This document shows positions 19,362 to 32,207 of a stretch of DNA of 32,207 nt, in pieces (position 1 is the stretch's first letter; each line of letters opens with the position of its first letter). The translations under genes and the position numbers were made by a program. This DNA comes from Guillardia theta CCMP2712 (taxonomy: Eukaryota > Protista > Cryptophyta): the NCBI RefSeq assembly GCF_000315625.1, contig NW_005434541.1, positions 49,747 through 81,953 of the forward strand, written 5' to 3'. The notes below the pieces were generated by a model, which saw only the letters and a program-made list of their open reading frames with translations, was not told where the DNA came from and made no database searches.

Positions 19362-21323
19362 TTAGGCATCGGTGAGGGCGGCAACGCCGGGGAGGACGAG
19401 GCCCTCGAGGAGCTCGAGCGAGGCTCCTCCACCAGTGGAGATGTGGGACATCTTGTCGGCGAGCCCGGCCTTCTCCACGGCAGCGACGGAGTCTCCTCCT
19501 CCGATGATGGTGATGGCTCCCTTGCTGGTGCACTCAGCGAGGGTCTTGGCGACGTCGTTGGTGCCCTTGGCGAACTTCTCGAACTCGAACACACCCATGG
19601 GTCCGTTCCAGATGATGGTGTTGCAGTCAGAAAGCTCCTTCTGGATCATCTTGGTGGACTCGGGGCCGTTGTCAAGACCCATCCAGCCGTCGGGGATGTC
19701 GGAAACGCTGGCGACCTTGGTGTTGGCGTCGGCGGCGAACTTGTCGGCAAGGACGACGTCGGTGGGGAGGATGAACTTGACTCCCTTCTCAGCAGCCTTC
19801 TTCTCGAGGGACTTGGCGAGCTCGAGCTTGTCCTCCTCGACGAGGGAGGAGCCGACGTTGAGGCCGCGGGCCTTGAGGAAGGTGAAGACCATGCCGCCTC
19901 CGATGACGAGCTTGTCGCACTTGCCGAGGAGAGACTCGATCACTCCGATCTTGGAGGAAACCTTGGAGCCTCCGACGATGGCAGCGAAGGGGCGCTTGGG
20001 GTTGGCAACAGCTCCATCAAGGTAGTCGAGCTCCTTCTGGAGGAGGAAGCCAGCCACGGAGGTGGGGATGAACTCGGTAACGCCGGCGGTGGAGGAGTGA
20101 GCACGGTGAGCGGTACCGAAGGCATCGTTGACGTAGATGTCGAAGGGAGCGGCGAGCTTCTTGGAGAACTCCTTGTCGTTCTTCTCCTCCTGCTTGTAGA
20201 AGCGGGTGTTCTCGAGGAGGCAGATCTGGGCAGAGGGGATCAGGAAGTGGAGGGGACGGGGAGACTCTTTCTGACCTCTCCGTCCTTGAGGGAATCGACG
20301 AGCTTGGTCACGTCGTCACCGATGCAGTCCTTTGCCATCTTCACGTCCTTGCCTGCCATGGCACCGCAGTATCAGCGACCAGCCTTTCCCACGGCATTCC
20401 TCCGCCACTTACCGAGCAACTCTCCGAGGCGGGTGGCGCAGGGGGCGAGGGAGAACTTGTCCTCGGGACCATCCTTGGGACGACCCAAGTGGGAAGAGAC
20501 CTGCATGACCGTCAGATCCCTTGGAGGCCTCGGCACTGCAGCTACTCACAGCAACACGAGCACCGTTGTCGAGGAGGTACTTCAAGGTCTGGACGGAGGC
20601 CCTGATGCCTGGCAGCGGGTGAGGGGAGGGGGGACGAGGGCGCGCTGGTGATCTTACGGGTGTCGTCGGTGATCTTCTTGCCATCAAGGGGGACGTTGAG
20701 ATCGCAGCGGATGAGAACCTGAGCACACGCGTGAGCCCGAGCATGGCGGGGGAGGTAGAGGCAGCAAAAGGAAAGGTGGATGGAGGGGCGGTGGAGCAGG
20801 AAGAGGGGTGGAGAGTAGGATTGGAAGGGAGATGTCACCTTCTTTCCCTTGAGGTCCGCACCCTTGAGGTCGCCAACGGACTTCTTCTTAGCAGCAGCCA
20901 TGACGACCTTGGAGAGGGGAGCCATGCGAGCAGGGCGGGCCACAGGCTGGGAGCTCCTCAAGCGGGGGGTGAAGGAGGAGGCGGCGACAGCGGGGGCAGT
21001 CTGGTGCAGAACTTGTCAGTTTCTGTGCAGAATAGGATGATTTGGATCAGGAAGGACATTTAAGAAAGAAATAACAAGGCCGACTAATATGCACAAAGAA
21101 ACCAAGTCTGACATGCACAGCAACATCTCTTCTACACCGCGGAAAGTAGCCACCTTTGAGCAGCCAAGACAAGAACAATCTTGAACTTGCAGCACAACAG
21201 ACAACACCAGCGGGAGTATCGGAGAGGATGAAGATTCACCTGCTGTCTGATCCCGAAGGAGGAGGGGACAGGGACGTAGGCAGAGGCAGCAGCAGCGCCA
21301 CAGAGGAGGAGAGCCTTGCGCAT
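19362..21323 (-). CDS. PGK: Phosphoglycerate kinase, plastid-targeted (bipartite presequence), multi-exon
   Basis: Motifs [56 protein letters not shown] and [15 protein letters not shown]. Exon 1 (21323-21240) encodes signal [15 protein letters not shown]|YVP. Exon 2 from 21000 encodes an S/A/R-rich transit peptide. Strong C/G-ending codon bias. Confidence 0.97.
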
Positions 21324-21999
21324 GGCAGCAGACGTGGTGGATCCTTGGCAGGCGGTGGCTTATAAGGGCCGCGATCCTGGAACCGGTGGTCCTTTCCCTT
21401 AGGGAACATCCTGGGAAATGGACGGGTAGTGTTGTCAAGGGGTGGGTCTTTGTAGAGAAAAGAGGGGGTATTCCTCAATTGTGATCGAAGAGGGTGGGGG
21501 GTGTAAGTTGAGGGTCAAACAGGTGGGTCCTAGCAGTCGAAATATAGGGTGGGGTACTTTGTCATGATCGACGGGTTCTAGAAGGGGCATAACCATGAAA
21601 CTGTGGGGTGGGGTCATACCAGGAGAATTGGAGGGTACTCTGTTTGATAAGGGGGGGTCCTAATGGGACACACGATGATCTGAAGGTGTTCTGTGTGACC
21701 CACCTCTCCATTATGCAGAAATCCCGTGAGGAAAAGGGGGTGGAGGGTGGGTCTAGGTGACTGATGCTTCCTCCACCCACTCAATTCCTGGCTTAAAAGG
21801 GGGTAGGGTACTGGCAGGACTGATTTCTTCAAGTTCCGCCGTTGGACTCCTCCTACACGAGAAGGAACAGCACTACCCCTTGTTCCGTACTGATTTGATG
21901 GGGTAGTAGATGGTCCGTTCAACTGTTCGTGCACGGCTCGGCCAGGTATAAGGAGACGAAAGGCACGCAGGCTGGCAGGCTGGCCAGCTTGCCAAGTTG

Positions 22000-22450
22000 G
22001 GGCTACAAGTCACTGAATCCGGGACTCGGGAGTCCGAGCCGGACTGGGGCCGGGGCCCGGGCCCGGGCCGCCGCCGGGGCGGCCGGGGCCCAGGGAGTCA
22101 CCGCGGGGGCCAGACTGAACCCGGTGACCGTTAGGTGACGGTGGCAGCCGCTGCCAGGCGGCCCGGTACGGTCAGGCCGCCGGGCCGTCACGCCACGGTG
22201 GGTGATAGTACTATGGCCGGGCACCGTACGGTCTCCGGGCGGCCCGGTCCGCGCCCCGGGCCGGGCCCCCGGGGGCGCCCGCCCAGCGGCGGGGGCCGGC
22301 CATGATCAGAATAGTGATCGGATCAGGCAGCAACTTGACCGTTGCCTTGAACATCCAACCGTGAACGGACTGAGTTGGTGACCGGCCCGGCGGGCGCCCG
22401 CGCCCCCGGATCCGAGTCATCGGATCGCCCTGACTTGCAGGCTCTGCCAC
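22000..22450. promoter_or_regulatory. GC-rich CCGG/GACTC island upstream of PGK
   Basis: Extremely GC-rich with GGGGCC/CCGG repeats. Shares the 13-mer GGACTCGGGAGTC (22022-22034) with 11732-11744. Confidence 0.4.
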
Positions 22451-22701
22451 AACGGTACTACTATGATGCTTCGGAAGCCTTGAAGCAGGCTGCGCGGCAA
22501 CGGAGTCAAGTTGAGAGTCCAAACACCTCAAGCCTCACGGTGGCCACGGTCTCAATGTGCGGTCCCTCCGGCGATCGGACCGCACGGACCACACATTGAA
22601 ACTTGAAACAATGGAAGGAAAACTTGACTGAAATTTACAGAGCCGTCACGGTACAACTTGACATCTTATCGCTGACGGAAATGGTTCAGAAGCGCCCAGC
22701 C

Positions 22702-23952
<1,251 letters not shown>

Positions 23953-24148
23953 TCCAGTTGACCCGAGAGATTTTGACCGGGCGGTTCAACTGACGAGGAT
24001 GCGAAGGCAGAAAGACATTGATAACAAACACCATTAGCTCCACAAATCACTGCCTTTCAGCCTTGCGGGACAGCCTTTAACCCACACCTAGTCACTCGCC
24101 TAAGTTGAAATTGCTGTCCTTTCATATGTCGTGCTTGGCAGGATCAGC

Positions 24149-26113
24149 ATGAGGCCGGTCGGGAAGGTTGTCGGGGTAGGACAAGGTGAGGGAGGAGGAG
24201 GAGGAGGAGGAGGAGGAGGAGAAGGAGGAGGAGGAGGAGGAAGGGGAAGAGGACGAGGACGAGGAGGAAGACGAGGACGAGGACGAGGAGGACGAGGACG
24301 AGGACGAGGAGGAGGACGAGGACGAGGAGGAAGAAGAAGATGACGAGGAGGAGGTAGAGGAGGAGGTGGTGGAGGAGGAGAAGATAGAGGAGAAGATAGA
24401 GGAGAAGATAGGCAGAGGAGGAGGCAGAGGAGGCAGGAAGAATAGAGCGGGGTAGAGGGAGACAGCGATACCCGCTTTCTCTTTGTATTAGTCATCAGAA
24501 CACCCTGACATATCATACCAGATGTCGAAACAGCTCAACCAGATCCGGCAGCAAACGGTACTCCCGCCCTCACTTGTTGCTGTTGTCCTGATTAAAATAT
24601 GATCCTTGACTCTACAGCAGCAGACGATGAGCAGCTTGTGTTCACCAAAACAGCGCAAGAAATCTTTGAGGACCTCTGTTGTGACTGGCCACAGATAGCA
24701 TGCGATGAAGCGATGCTTTTGATGGATAGTCTGACAGAGCTGAATGGATCGGGGCAGGTGCGATTACACATGGTGCTGTGTTTGCCGTCTCCACTTCATC
24801 TATCCAACTTCTTCTCCCTATCCTGTTCTCTTCACCATCCTCCTCCCTACCTCCTCCCTCCCCTTCCCCTTCCCCTTCTTCCTCCTCCTCCTCCTCCTCC
24901 TCCTCCCGTCCCTCAACTGAAGTCTCCGCAGCTGCGCTTTCAGAGGCAGCCTTGGTTCAGACTCTGCGAGAAACTTCTCAAGAGTCTGGTCTTCCTCCAC
25001 AACTCCGGCCTGTCAGGGTCTGCTGCAGACAGGATGCTGAAGGGACGACCGGTGCTCGCTCCCTCTTCCTCCCTCATCATCGTCAACATCTTGCTGCCCC
25101 TAGAGCTCATTTGCGGGTCCAGCATGGAGGAGGGGAGCAGGTGGCTACAGGAGATCCACTCGGATGTGCGGCATGAGGATCTTGGAGGTTTCTTGGAGGA
25201 ACAGAAGCAGGCAAGGGAGCAGGAGGAGGGGGAGAAGGAGAAAGGGGAGGAGAAGGAAAAGCAGGATGGGCAGCAGGATGGGCAGGAGGAGGAGAAGTTG
25301 GCGACGGAGGAAGACGATGACGATTTCGAGTTTGAGCCTATGGAAGGCAACGCGGATGAAAGCCTGAGCAAGCTGATGGAAGAGAAGTGCGGTCAAAAAG
25401 AGAAGAAGGAAACAAGCTGGGAGGAGGTGTTCTCCAAAATCGTCAAGGTGAGGGGTTGACAATTGTTTTGAGGAGAATGATGATGGTGGAGATGATGATA
25501 ACAATCACAAAGATGATAATCATGGTGATGATGGTAGCAAAGAAATGAGATGACAATCATGACAGGTTGTCAAGGTTGTAACTTACGCAAGAATCGCGGA
25601 TGGCTGGAGGGACTTTCAAGTGGACGAAGTTCTCATCCGAACTTTACGATCCCTCGTCTCCCATCCCGCGGGAAAGCTTGGCTATCCCCTCGTCCTCCAC
25701 ATCTTCTTCCTCATCCGCTCTCGGCTCCTCGACAAGCTTGACGCCTCCTCCTCCCTCCTCTCCTCTTTCCTCTCCCTCATCGACCCCAATGACCGCTCGG
25801 AGGAGTCTTCATCCTCCCTCCTCCGCTGTCTCGCCCTCCACGTCTGCGCCGCTGCATCTTGCGTAAGAGGAGGAGGAGGCTCGTCCGGTGCTCTGACAGA
25901 GGCGCAGGGGCAGCAGCAACAGGGAAGGAGAAGTTTCTTCCCTTGCAGCGAGGAGGAGGGGCGGCGAGCGCGGAGTGTCTGGGCGGATGAGGAAGTGAGC
26001 GAGCGAGTCTGCAGGCTGCTTGCTGTTCGCCTGCTGGCGCTGCCGGCGGGAGGAGGAAAGGAAGCTGTGTGAGTGAAGGAGGCAGGAGGCAGGAGGCAGG
26101 AGGCAGGAGGCAG

Positions 26114-26164
<51 letters not shown>

Positions 26165-27259
26165 CAGGCAGATGGCGGGTTCATGTTCAAGGAATGGGGA
26201 GAGCGACTCAGCTTGTAATGGAGGGCTGAAGTAGGTAGGGAGATCCTTTTGAACGAGCGAGTGCGGAAGAGGATTGAGACATGAGAGGCGGGTCAGCGAG
26301 GGAGGAGGAGGGGAGCTGGCGTAACAATGGCAGCAGGAGCGAGGCGCTGCCGGAGCCCGTGGAGGAGGAGGAGATCTTGACCTGCCGCGTCCTCTCCTCC
26401 TTCGCTCTCGGCGCCTCCAGTCATCTGCTCGACACCCTCCTCCTCAAGACCGGAGGAATCCGATCCCTCGCTCACAGACTGACCTGCCAGACAAGTCCTG
26501 GTGCTGCCCCCTCCCTGCCTCCTGCCCCCTGCCTCCTGCCCCCTGCCTCCTGCCTCCTGCCTCCTGCCCCCTGCCCCCCTGACTCCTGCTCTTGTTGCTG
26601 CTTCTCCTTCCCTTTGCGTCTCGTCTCGTTCTGCTCTCTTTTTCCCTTTCCTGTTATCCCTCCTCCTCACTCAACGTTTCTCCGCCCTTGAGCCTCCTGT
26701 CTCCCCCCCCTCCCTCTCTCCCTCTCCCTCCGCCTCCGCCACTCCCTCGATCTGCTTCCTCTTCCTCCTCTGCCCTCTCTTGTTTTCCTCTGGCTCTCTT
26801 CGCTCTCTCTCACTGACCCCCTCCTCCCCTTTCATTGCTTCCTCCCTTATCGTCTCCTCCCTTGTCGTCTCCTCCCTTGTCGTCTCTTCGCTGATCGCCT
26901 CCTCCAGAGGCCCATGCTCGCAAGGTCGGCACTCTCGTCCTCCTCTCCGGCTGCTCGCACGAGATTTTCAGCTTCGTCCGCCGCCTTCCTTCCTTCACCC
27001 AACAGCTCGGCTCTCCGTTTCACGAGCTCATGCGCTTTTTTGCCCTCCTTCATCAACCGGACTCCTCCTCCTCCTCCTCCTCCTCCTCCTCCTCCTCCTC
27101 CTCCTCCTCCCCCGACTCAGCAGAGGTTCCTCCTCGTCTCCTACTGCGTCTTCTGACCTCTCTCCGCAGAAAGTCTGTGAGGATCTGATCCTGATTCTTG
27201 AGAGCTGGAGCTGCGAATATGAAGGATCTTCTCTGCTGAAGGAGCAGGAGCAAGAGCAA

Positions 27260-27298
<39 letters not shown>

Positions 27299-28156
27299 AA
27301 GAAGGATGAGCAGGAGCAGGAGAAGAAGGAGGAACAGGAGAAGCAGGAGAGTGCAGGGCTCCTCCTCCTGCAGGTCCTCAGCATTCTTCTCAGCTGCCAG
27401 AACAGCAGGAACCTTCGGACGAGGATAACCAAGAGATTTCCCCTCCTCCTCTCGAGGATGCGCGAACTTCAGGCCAAGGTCACTGTCGACAAAGCCTCCT
27501 CCTCCTGGAGAACTCCTGGCCCGTTCACTCCCCACTCTCCATTCCTCTTCCTCTGCTCTTCTTTTCTTTCCCTCGTTCCTTTTTCTTTCCACATCTCTCT
27601 TCTCCTCTCCTCCCACTCCTCCTCCCCTTGTCTCCTTCCTCCTCCTCCTCTTGTCTCGTTCCACCTCCTTCCCTCCCCCCCTCTTCGTCCTGCTGAAAAT
27701 CCACAGGTCCAAAAGGCGATTGCCGAGCTGCAGTCGGAGATTCTGCGGGTGAGGGGAAGGGGAGAGGGAGTTCAACATGTCGTGATCCTGATCAAGGTGG
27801 AGCAGCAGGGAACCAGTGAGCTTCAGGTCGAACAGGTCGAGGAGGTCGAGGAGGTCGGGGAGGTCGAGGAGGTCGAGGAGGTCGAGGACCGACAGAGGAA
27901 GCGGAGGATGCAAGCCTTGCGGAGGAGAAAGGATGTGAGAGCGGCAGCGGAAGGGAGGGGGATGGGGGATGACGTACATCGCAGGCCCTCCTCGGCTCCA
28001 GCCTGCTGCTCAAGAACGTGCTGCTCGACCCTCACTCGCGCAAGGCGGACTGAAGGAAGAGTTTGTGAGTACAGGAAGTACACTGGACTCTCTGTTCCGC
28101 CCTCAGCCAAGGTGGTGTGTGGGGTGTATGGAACGAGGAGGAGGAGTGGATGGTGA
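24149..28156 (+). CDS. Hypothetical multi-exon protein (helical, Leu-rich with acidic tracts); ends uncertain
   Basis: Spliceable exons MRPVGKVVGVGQ|DVETAQPDPAAN|AADDEQLVFTKTAQEIFEDLCCDWPQIACDEAMLLMDSL...|LRFQRQPWFRLCEKLLKSL...KIVK|...VDEVLIRTLRSLV..., KVCEDLILILESWS...LLLLQVLSILL...RELQAK|VQKAIAELQSEILR, separated by low-complexity introns. No family recognised. Confidence 0.5.
24186..24445. repeat. Purine-rich (GAG/GAC)n low-complexity tract, probably intronic
   Basis: About 260 bp of GAG/GAC/GAA triplets immediately after a GTGAG donor at 24186. Confidence 0.85.
26078..26170. repeat. (AGGCAGG)n/(GGCA)n compound microsatellite
   Basis: Heptamer then tetramer tandem array following a GTGAGT donor-like site. 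Confidence 0.9.
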
Positions 28157-28369
28157 ATAGGGGGAGGAAGAGAGGAGAAACGACCAACTGGACAACTTGT
28201 TGTAAGAACTCGCCAGGAGTCAGATGAAGTTCATTCGCATGATGGGAGAGGTCGCGATGGCCAGGGTGCGGAGGAGGAGAAGGAGGAGGAGGTGAAGGAG
28301 GAGGTGAAGGGGATGGCAAGGATTCAAGTATGTTGTTCTTTCATTCAGATCACATGCTCATCAGCTACC

Positions 28370-28885
28370 TCACTTGGGTCCCTGCTCGAAGCGGGGGAGA
28401 CCGTCCTCGGGGAGAACAGGGATCGCCTTCTCGCTCGTCCAGATGTGGAACTGAGCAGCAGGAGGCTTGTCCATCAGGCCGCACGGGAGCACGTAGAACT
28501 CTCCGGCGTTGCCGTACACGTACGTTCCGCAGTCCTTGCAGAAGTGACGCGGCATCTGCTTAGCAGCGAAGCTGCCGGTGCTCTCGCCGTTGACGATCTT
28601 GACGTTGTCCTTGGGGAAGCCAGAGCCGTGGAAGTAGGGGGCAGCGCAAGTCTTCCTGCACTCGACGCAGTGGCAGTAGGCGACGAACATGGGGTTGCCG
28701 CTGTACTCAACCTGGAGGACGAGGATGAGAAACAAGTACAAGGAGGACGAGGATGAGAAACAAGTGCAAGGAGGACGAGGATGAGAAAGAAGTACAAGGA
28801 GGACGAGGATGAGAAAGAAGTACAAGGGAGGACAAGTCAAGGTTCTCACCTTCACCTTTCCGCAGATGCAACTGTAGGAGGACAT
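28370..28885 (-). CDS. GFA / CENP-V family Zn-binding protein (glutathione-dependent formaldehyde-activating enzyme-like), 125 aa
   Basis: Exons 28885-28850 and 28711-28370. SCICGKV...CHCVECRK...RHFCKDCGT...HIWTSEK...DGLPRF is the GFA CxCG / CHCxxCRK / FCxxCG signature. Confidence 0.9.
   Translation of the reverse strand: MSSYSCICGKVKVRTLTCPPLYFFLILVLLVLLSHPRPPCTCFSSSSSLYLFLILVLQVEYSGNPMFVAYCHCVECRKTCAAPYFHGSGFPKDNVKIVNGESTGSFAAKQMPRHFCKDCGTYVYGNAGEFYVLPCGLMDKPPAAQFHIWTSEKAIPVLPEDGLPRFEQGPK
28714..28828. repeat. 28-bp tandem repeat (~4 copies) in the GFA intron
   Basis: Unit GGAGGACGAGGATGAGAAA(C/G)AAGT(A/G)CAA, head-to-tail with no spacers. Confidence 0.92.
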
Positions 28886-30489
28886 TGCTGCAGAACACAG
28901 CAGATCAGTATGCTGCGACATGCAAGGAGAAATGCCGATAGGGATTTGACAACTGCTCGCAAAGACAGTGGGGATATGATGGCCAGTGCGAACCTTTAGC
29001 CAGTGAAGAAGAACTGACAGGGACCACAAACAGGAGAAAGAGGAGAAAGCTAGCTTTGAGGATGGCAGACATCATCTTGGACACAAGCCGATTCCTTCTT
29101 TCTACACACTAAAATCAACAGCAGAAGAAATAGAGAATTCAGCAGTTATATGGCATTCGAACCATCAGAATCACCATCTTTCCTACATCTAGTCACAGTA
29201 TCTAAATCCTTTAACTTTGCAGAGCACCTTTCTTCCTTCCGTTTCCGCATCCTCCTCCTCTTTTTGCTCACGATCTCTCCGACGTGCGGACCTCAGTCTC
29301 TCTCCTCTTCTCTCTCTCTCCACTCTTCTCTTCGTCTCTCTCCCCTCTTCTCGCTCTTCTCTACTCCTTCTTCCTCCCGTCCTCTCCTCCTCTCCCTCTC
29401 CCTCTTTTCCCCTCTCCCCCTCTCTCCCTCTCTCCCTCTCCCTCTCCCTGCTCCCCTCCCTCTTCTTGAAGTGCCCCAGCCCTTTAAAACCATTTAAAAG
29501 CCACTAAAATGAGTTTTAATTAGCCACACTCAAGGGTTACCAGTCACCACCGGTACTTTTCTCTGCTAGTACTGGGGTGTGATTCCTTAGGCTGGGGTAG
29601 GTGGTTCACTTGCACCACGGGTAGGGTGGTACACTCACAAATGACAGGGTACTTTTAACAGTATTTTGCCGTTCCGAGATGGGGGTAGGGTAAATTGTGA
29701 GGGTGGGGTACTACAGGGGAATAGGGGTAGTTGGTAATGTTTGATGGGGGTGTGATCCAGCAGGGTGGTAAAATTGATAGGGTAGGGTGAATCTAGAGAG
29801 GGTAGCAGTGGGGTCAGTAACGGTTTGGTGGGTGGGGTAATGCTCAAGGTGGGGACCGCCTTTTAAAGCGATAGAAGGGATGTTCCAAGTAAAACGGTAT
29901 ATCATAGGGGGTAGGGGTATGATCATCAGGTGGGTAGCGGTAATCATCTAGGTGGGTAGGGGTAGACATCATCGGGGTACATGTCAAAACAGGTGGGTCG
30001 TCTTCAAAATGGATGCATGACTCTTAAAGGGTGGGTAGTAAAGATAGGATTGGGGAAATGGGGGGTTATCAATGACAATTAGAGGGGTGGGGGTAATTTA
30101 TTGTACCTTATTGACCACCAAAACTGCATTGTTTGTAAGGGGTGTACCAAAATAGAAAGGGGTGGGGGTAGTTTAATAGGGGGTAGTGCTCAGGACGGTG
30201 CTCATCAGTGCCACCTTGGTTGCATGTTGCCACATCCCCCCACCCCTGACCCCCTGAAGTACCTGACCCCTACCCGCTCAATCTCAAATGTACTTCAGGT
30301 ACCCTACTTTGTTATGAGCAAATGTACCCCCACCCTCTCTTTTTCCATTCCTTAATTGGGGAAGCACCCCATAATTTTGTCCACAACGACATACCCACCA
30401 CTCTGGTGTGTAATCATTAATCATGTACCCCTCCCATAGCCTTGAAGGACCCCATGACTCGGACGGTATCGCCTCAAGTTCAAGACCTG

Positions 30490-30980
30490 TTAAAGTCACG
30501 CCTCTCTGTGACTCTGCCCCACTGCGCCGGGCGAGTAAAGCCGCTGAGCCGCGGCTGCCGCCTGAGCCGCCGCTGACTCGAACCGGCGCCGACTCCGGCC
30601 CGGCGGTCCGGAGCCCGGCCCTCCCGGCCCGCCGGGCAGAGTCACGGCGGGGCTCAGCTGCGAGCCTCTGTCACGTCCCCAACGGTGAACCGTCACCCGG
30701 CCGCAGCGTCACTACTAATAACTGACTCAGGCCGCCCGGCCGCTTTCACGGCTCGGAGTACCGTAGGCTCATTACTCAAGTTAAGTTAAAAATCACTGAG
30801 TACGCTACTACGGCCGCCGGTACTGGACCGGCGTTGCGCCGGGCCGGACCGCCGGCCCCGCAACTTGATTTGAAGCCCGGCGCCGAGCCTCCCAGGCCCG
30901 GCCTGTCCGGGCCCCGGCGCTGCCGGACGCCACCGCGCGACCGGGCCGTCCGGTACGATCTCATCCGCCCTTTAGGCTTT
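30490..30980. promoter_or_regulatory. GC-rich CCGG/TGACTC island upstream of the RCC1-repeat gene
   Basis: High GC, TGACTCA at 30723, several GACTC/GAGTC and CCGGCC motifs. Confidence 0.4.
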
Positions 30981-31119
30981 ACTTGAAAGTACTGCCAGAC
31001 TGATCCGCCGATCCGGCCATTCAGGGGGCTGTGAGGCATCCGAGTTTTACGGCTATTTTCTTTGTTTTGATTTTTTTGGTTTTTTTGGTGTCTGCAAAAG
31101 GGACTGGGTGATCCGGAAC

Positions 31120-31186
<67 letters not shown>

Positions 31187-31262
31187 GGGAGCAGGAGCAA
31201 GTGCAGGAGCAGGAGCAGGAGCAGGAGCAGGGGCAGGAGCAGGAGCAGGAGCGGGAGCAGGG
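31120..31262. repeat. (CAGGAG)~23 imperfect microsatellite just upstream of the RCC1-repeat gene
   Basis: Hexamer array with a few substitutions. Confidence 0.97.
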
Positions 31263-31297
31263 GCAGAGAAAGAACGAGAACTCGATGTAACCTCGCG

Positions 31298-32207
31298 ATG
31301 GGCCGGGGAGAATCGTCTGAGATTGCGTTGGACCTTGACGCTTGGGGGAGTGCGAGGAGGGCGAGACCAGCATCTCTCGTGCAGTTGGACCTGTATGCAC
31401 TCGATCAAGACGATGTAGAGGAAGATGATGGAGAGGAGGAAGCGGAGGAGGAGGGAGAGAGGGGGGAGCGAGAAGACGGAGACATGGACGATGAAGCCGA
31501 TCTTGAGAGTTGGGATCCAACTGAGGACCAGCTTGTGGTGGATTTCAAGGTCTTGCCGATGCTGCCTGCGGCATGAGACGTGAGCACTCTTGACGCAGGC
31601 GTACGCGATCGGAGACAACGAGGGCGGCGAGCTCGGAGTCGGAAGAGCAGGGGGAGGAGAAGCAGCTACGAAGATGGTGGGGGGTTCCTCGTCTCGTTCC
31701 ACTCGATCTCATCCTCACACTGCCCCAGCAAGTCATGACGTCCAGCTCCCTCTACGGAGGGTCCCCACTAGCTCAGAGCAACCAGCAGCTTCCACGTTCG
31801 ACTTCCCCTCGCCCCTCGTCCCCTCCCGTGCTGACCCTCGCACAGGAGTAGCAGCATGCGGCGACGCGTTCTCCGTCTTCCAGGTGCGGGTCACCCCATC
31901 TGGACCCGAGCTGAGCTTGGCCACCAGTCGCTTGCTGGCGAGCTGTTCTCAGTCGGGCTGGCTAACGGCGGGAGGCTCGGGCTGGGCCACCTGGAGGTAC
32001 ATGCTCTCGGAAAGTCTAGTACTCCTCATAGCTCTGAAGGACAAGGTCCATCCCACGCCGGTGCCCCTCCCTAGAGTGAAGGTATGTCGACCCTGTCCCC
32101 CCCCCCCCTCCCTCTTCCGTGGACTGATGGGAGGATCAGGTCTCTAGAATGGCGTGCGGCGCCAGGCATTGCGTGCTGGTAGGAAGAGACCACAGCGTGT
32201 GGGGATG
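31298..32207 (+). CDS. RCC1-repeat-containing protein with acidic N-terminus; multi-exon, truncated by the window end
   Basis: Acidic first exon (to ~31549), then RCC1/BLIP-II repeat motifs AYAIGDNEGGELGVG, VAACGDAFSVF, HPTPVPLP and MACGARHCVLVGRDHSVWG, separated by GT-AG introns. Confidence 0.78.

Noticed and set aside
19372-20651. Plus-strand ORFs of 217 and 402 aa
   Set aside because: Antisense shadows of the strongly codon-biased PGK gene.
26501-28156. 551-aa continuous ORF as one exon
   Set aside because: Mostly pyrimidine-rich intron sequence that happens to lack stops; only short internal segments look exonic.
29530-30200. Interstitial telomeric repeat or transposon end
   Set aside because: No fixed periodic unit, terminal inverted repeats, target-site duplication or transposase ORF was seen.

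Overview
Intron-rich, GC-rich eukaryotic nuclear DNA with short GT-AG introns, many (CAGGAG)n and purine tracts, and two N-gaps. The plastid PGK has a bipartite signal+transit presequence (ASA|Y), which points to an alga with a secondary red plastid; cryptophyte-like is my inference. Manual splicing supports about 10 genes, in order: SMPD4/neutral sphingomyelinase-3-like (-), a ~1387-aa single-pass receptor (-), JTB-like (+), a coiled-coil hypothetical (-), a TPR + GT23/FUT8-like fucosyltransferase (+), plastid phosphoglycerate kinase (-), dynein light chain roadblock (-), a hypothetical (+), a GFA/CENP-V Zn protein (-) and an RCC1-repeat protein (+, truncated). The standout is the receptor at 6343-10976. 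It has a signal peptide, two tandem Venus-flytrap (ANF-receptor/class C GPCR-type) ligand-binding domains, one TM helix, a cytoplasmic linker and a C-terminal RelA/SpoT-type (p)ppGpp-synthetase-like domain. That last domain only appears after removing three small introns. It is a candidate eukaryotic cell-surface 'receptor alarmone synthetase'. All family assignments rest on motif recognition from memory; no database searches were run.
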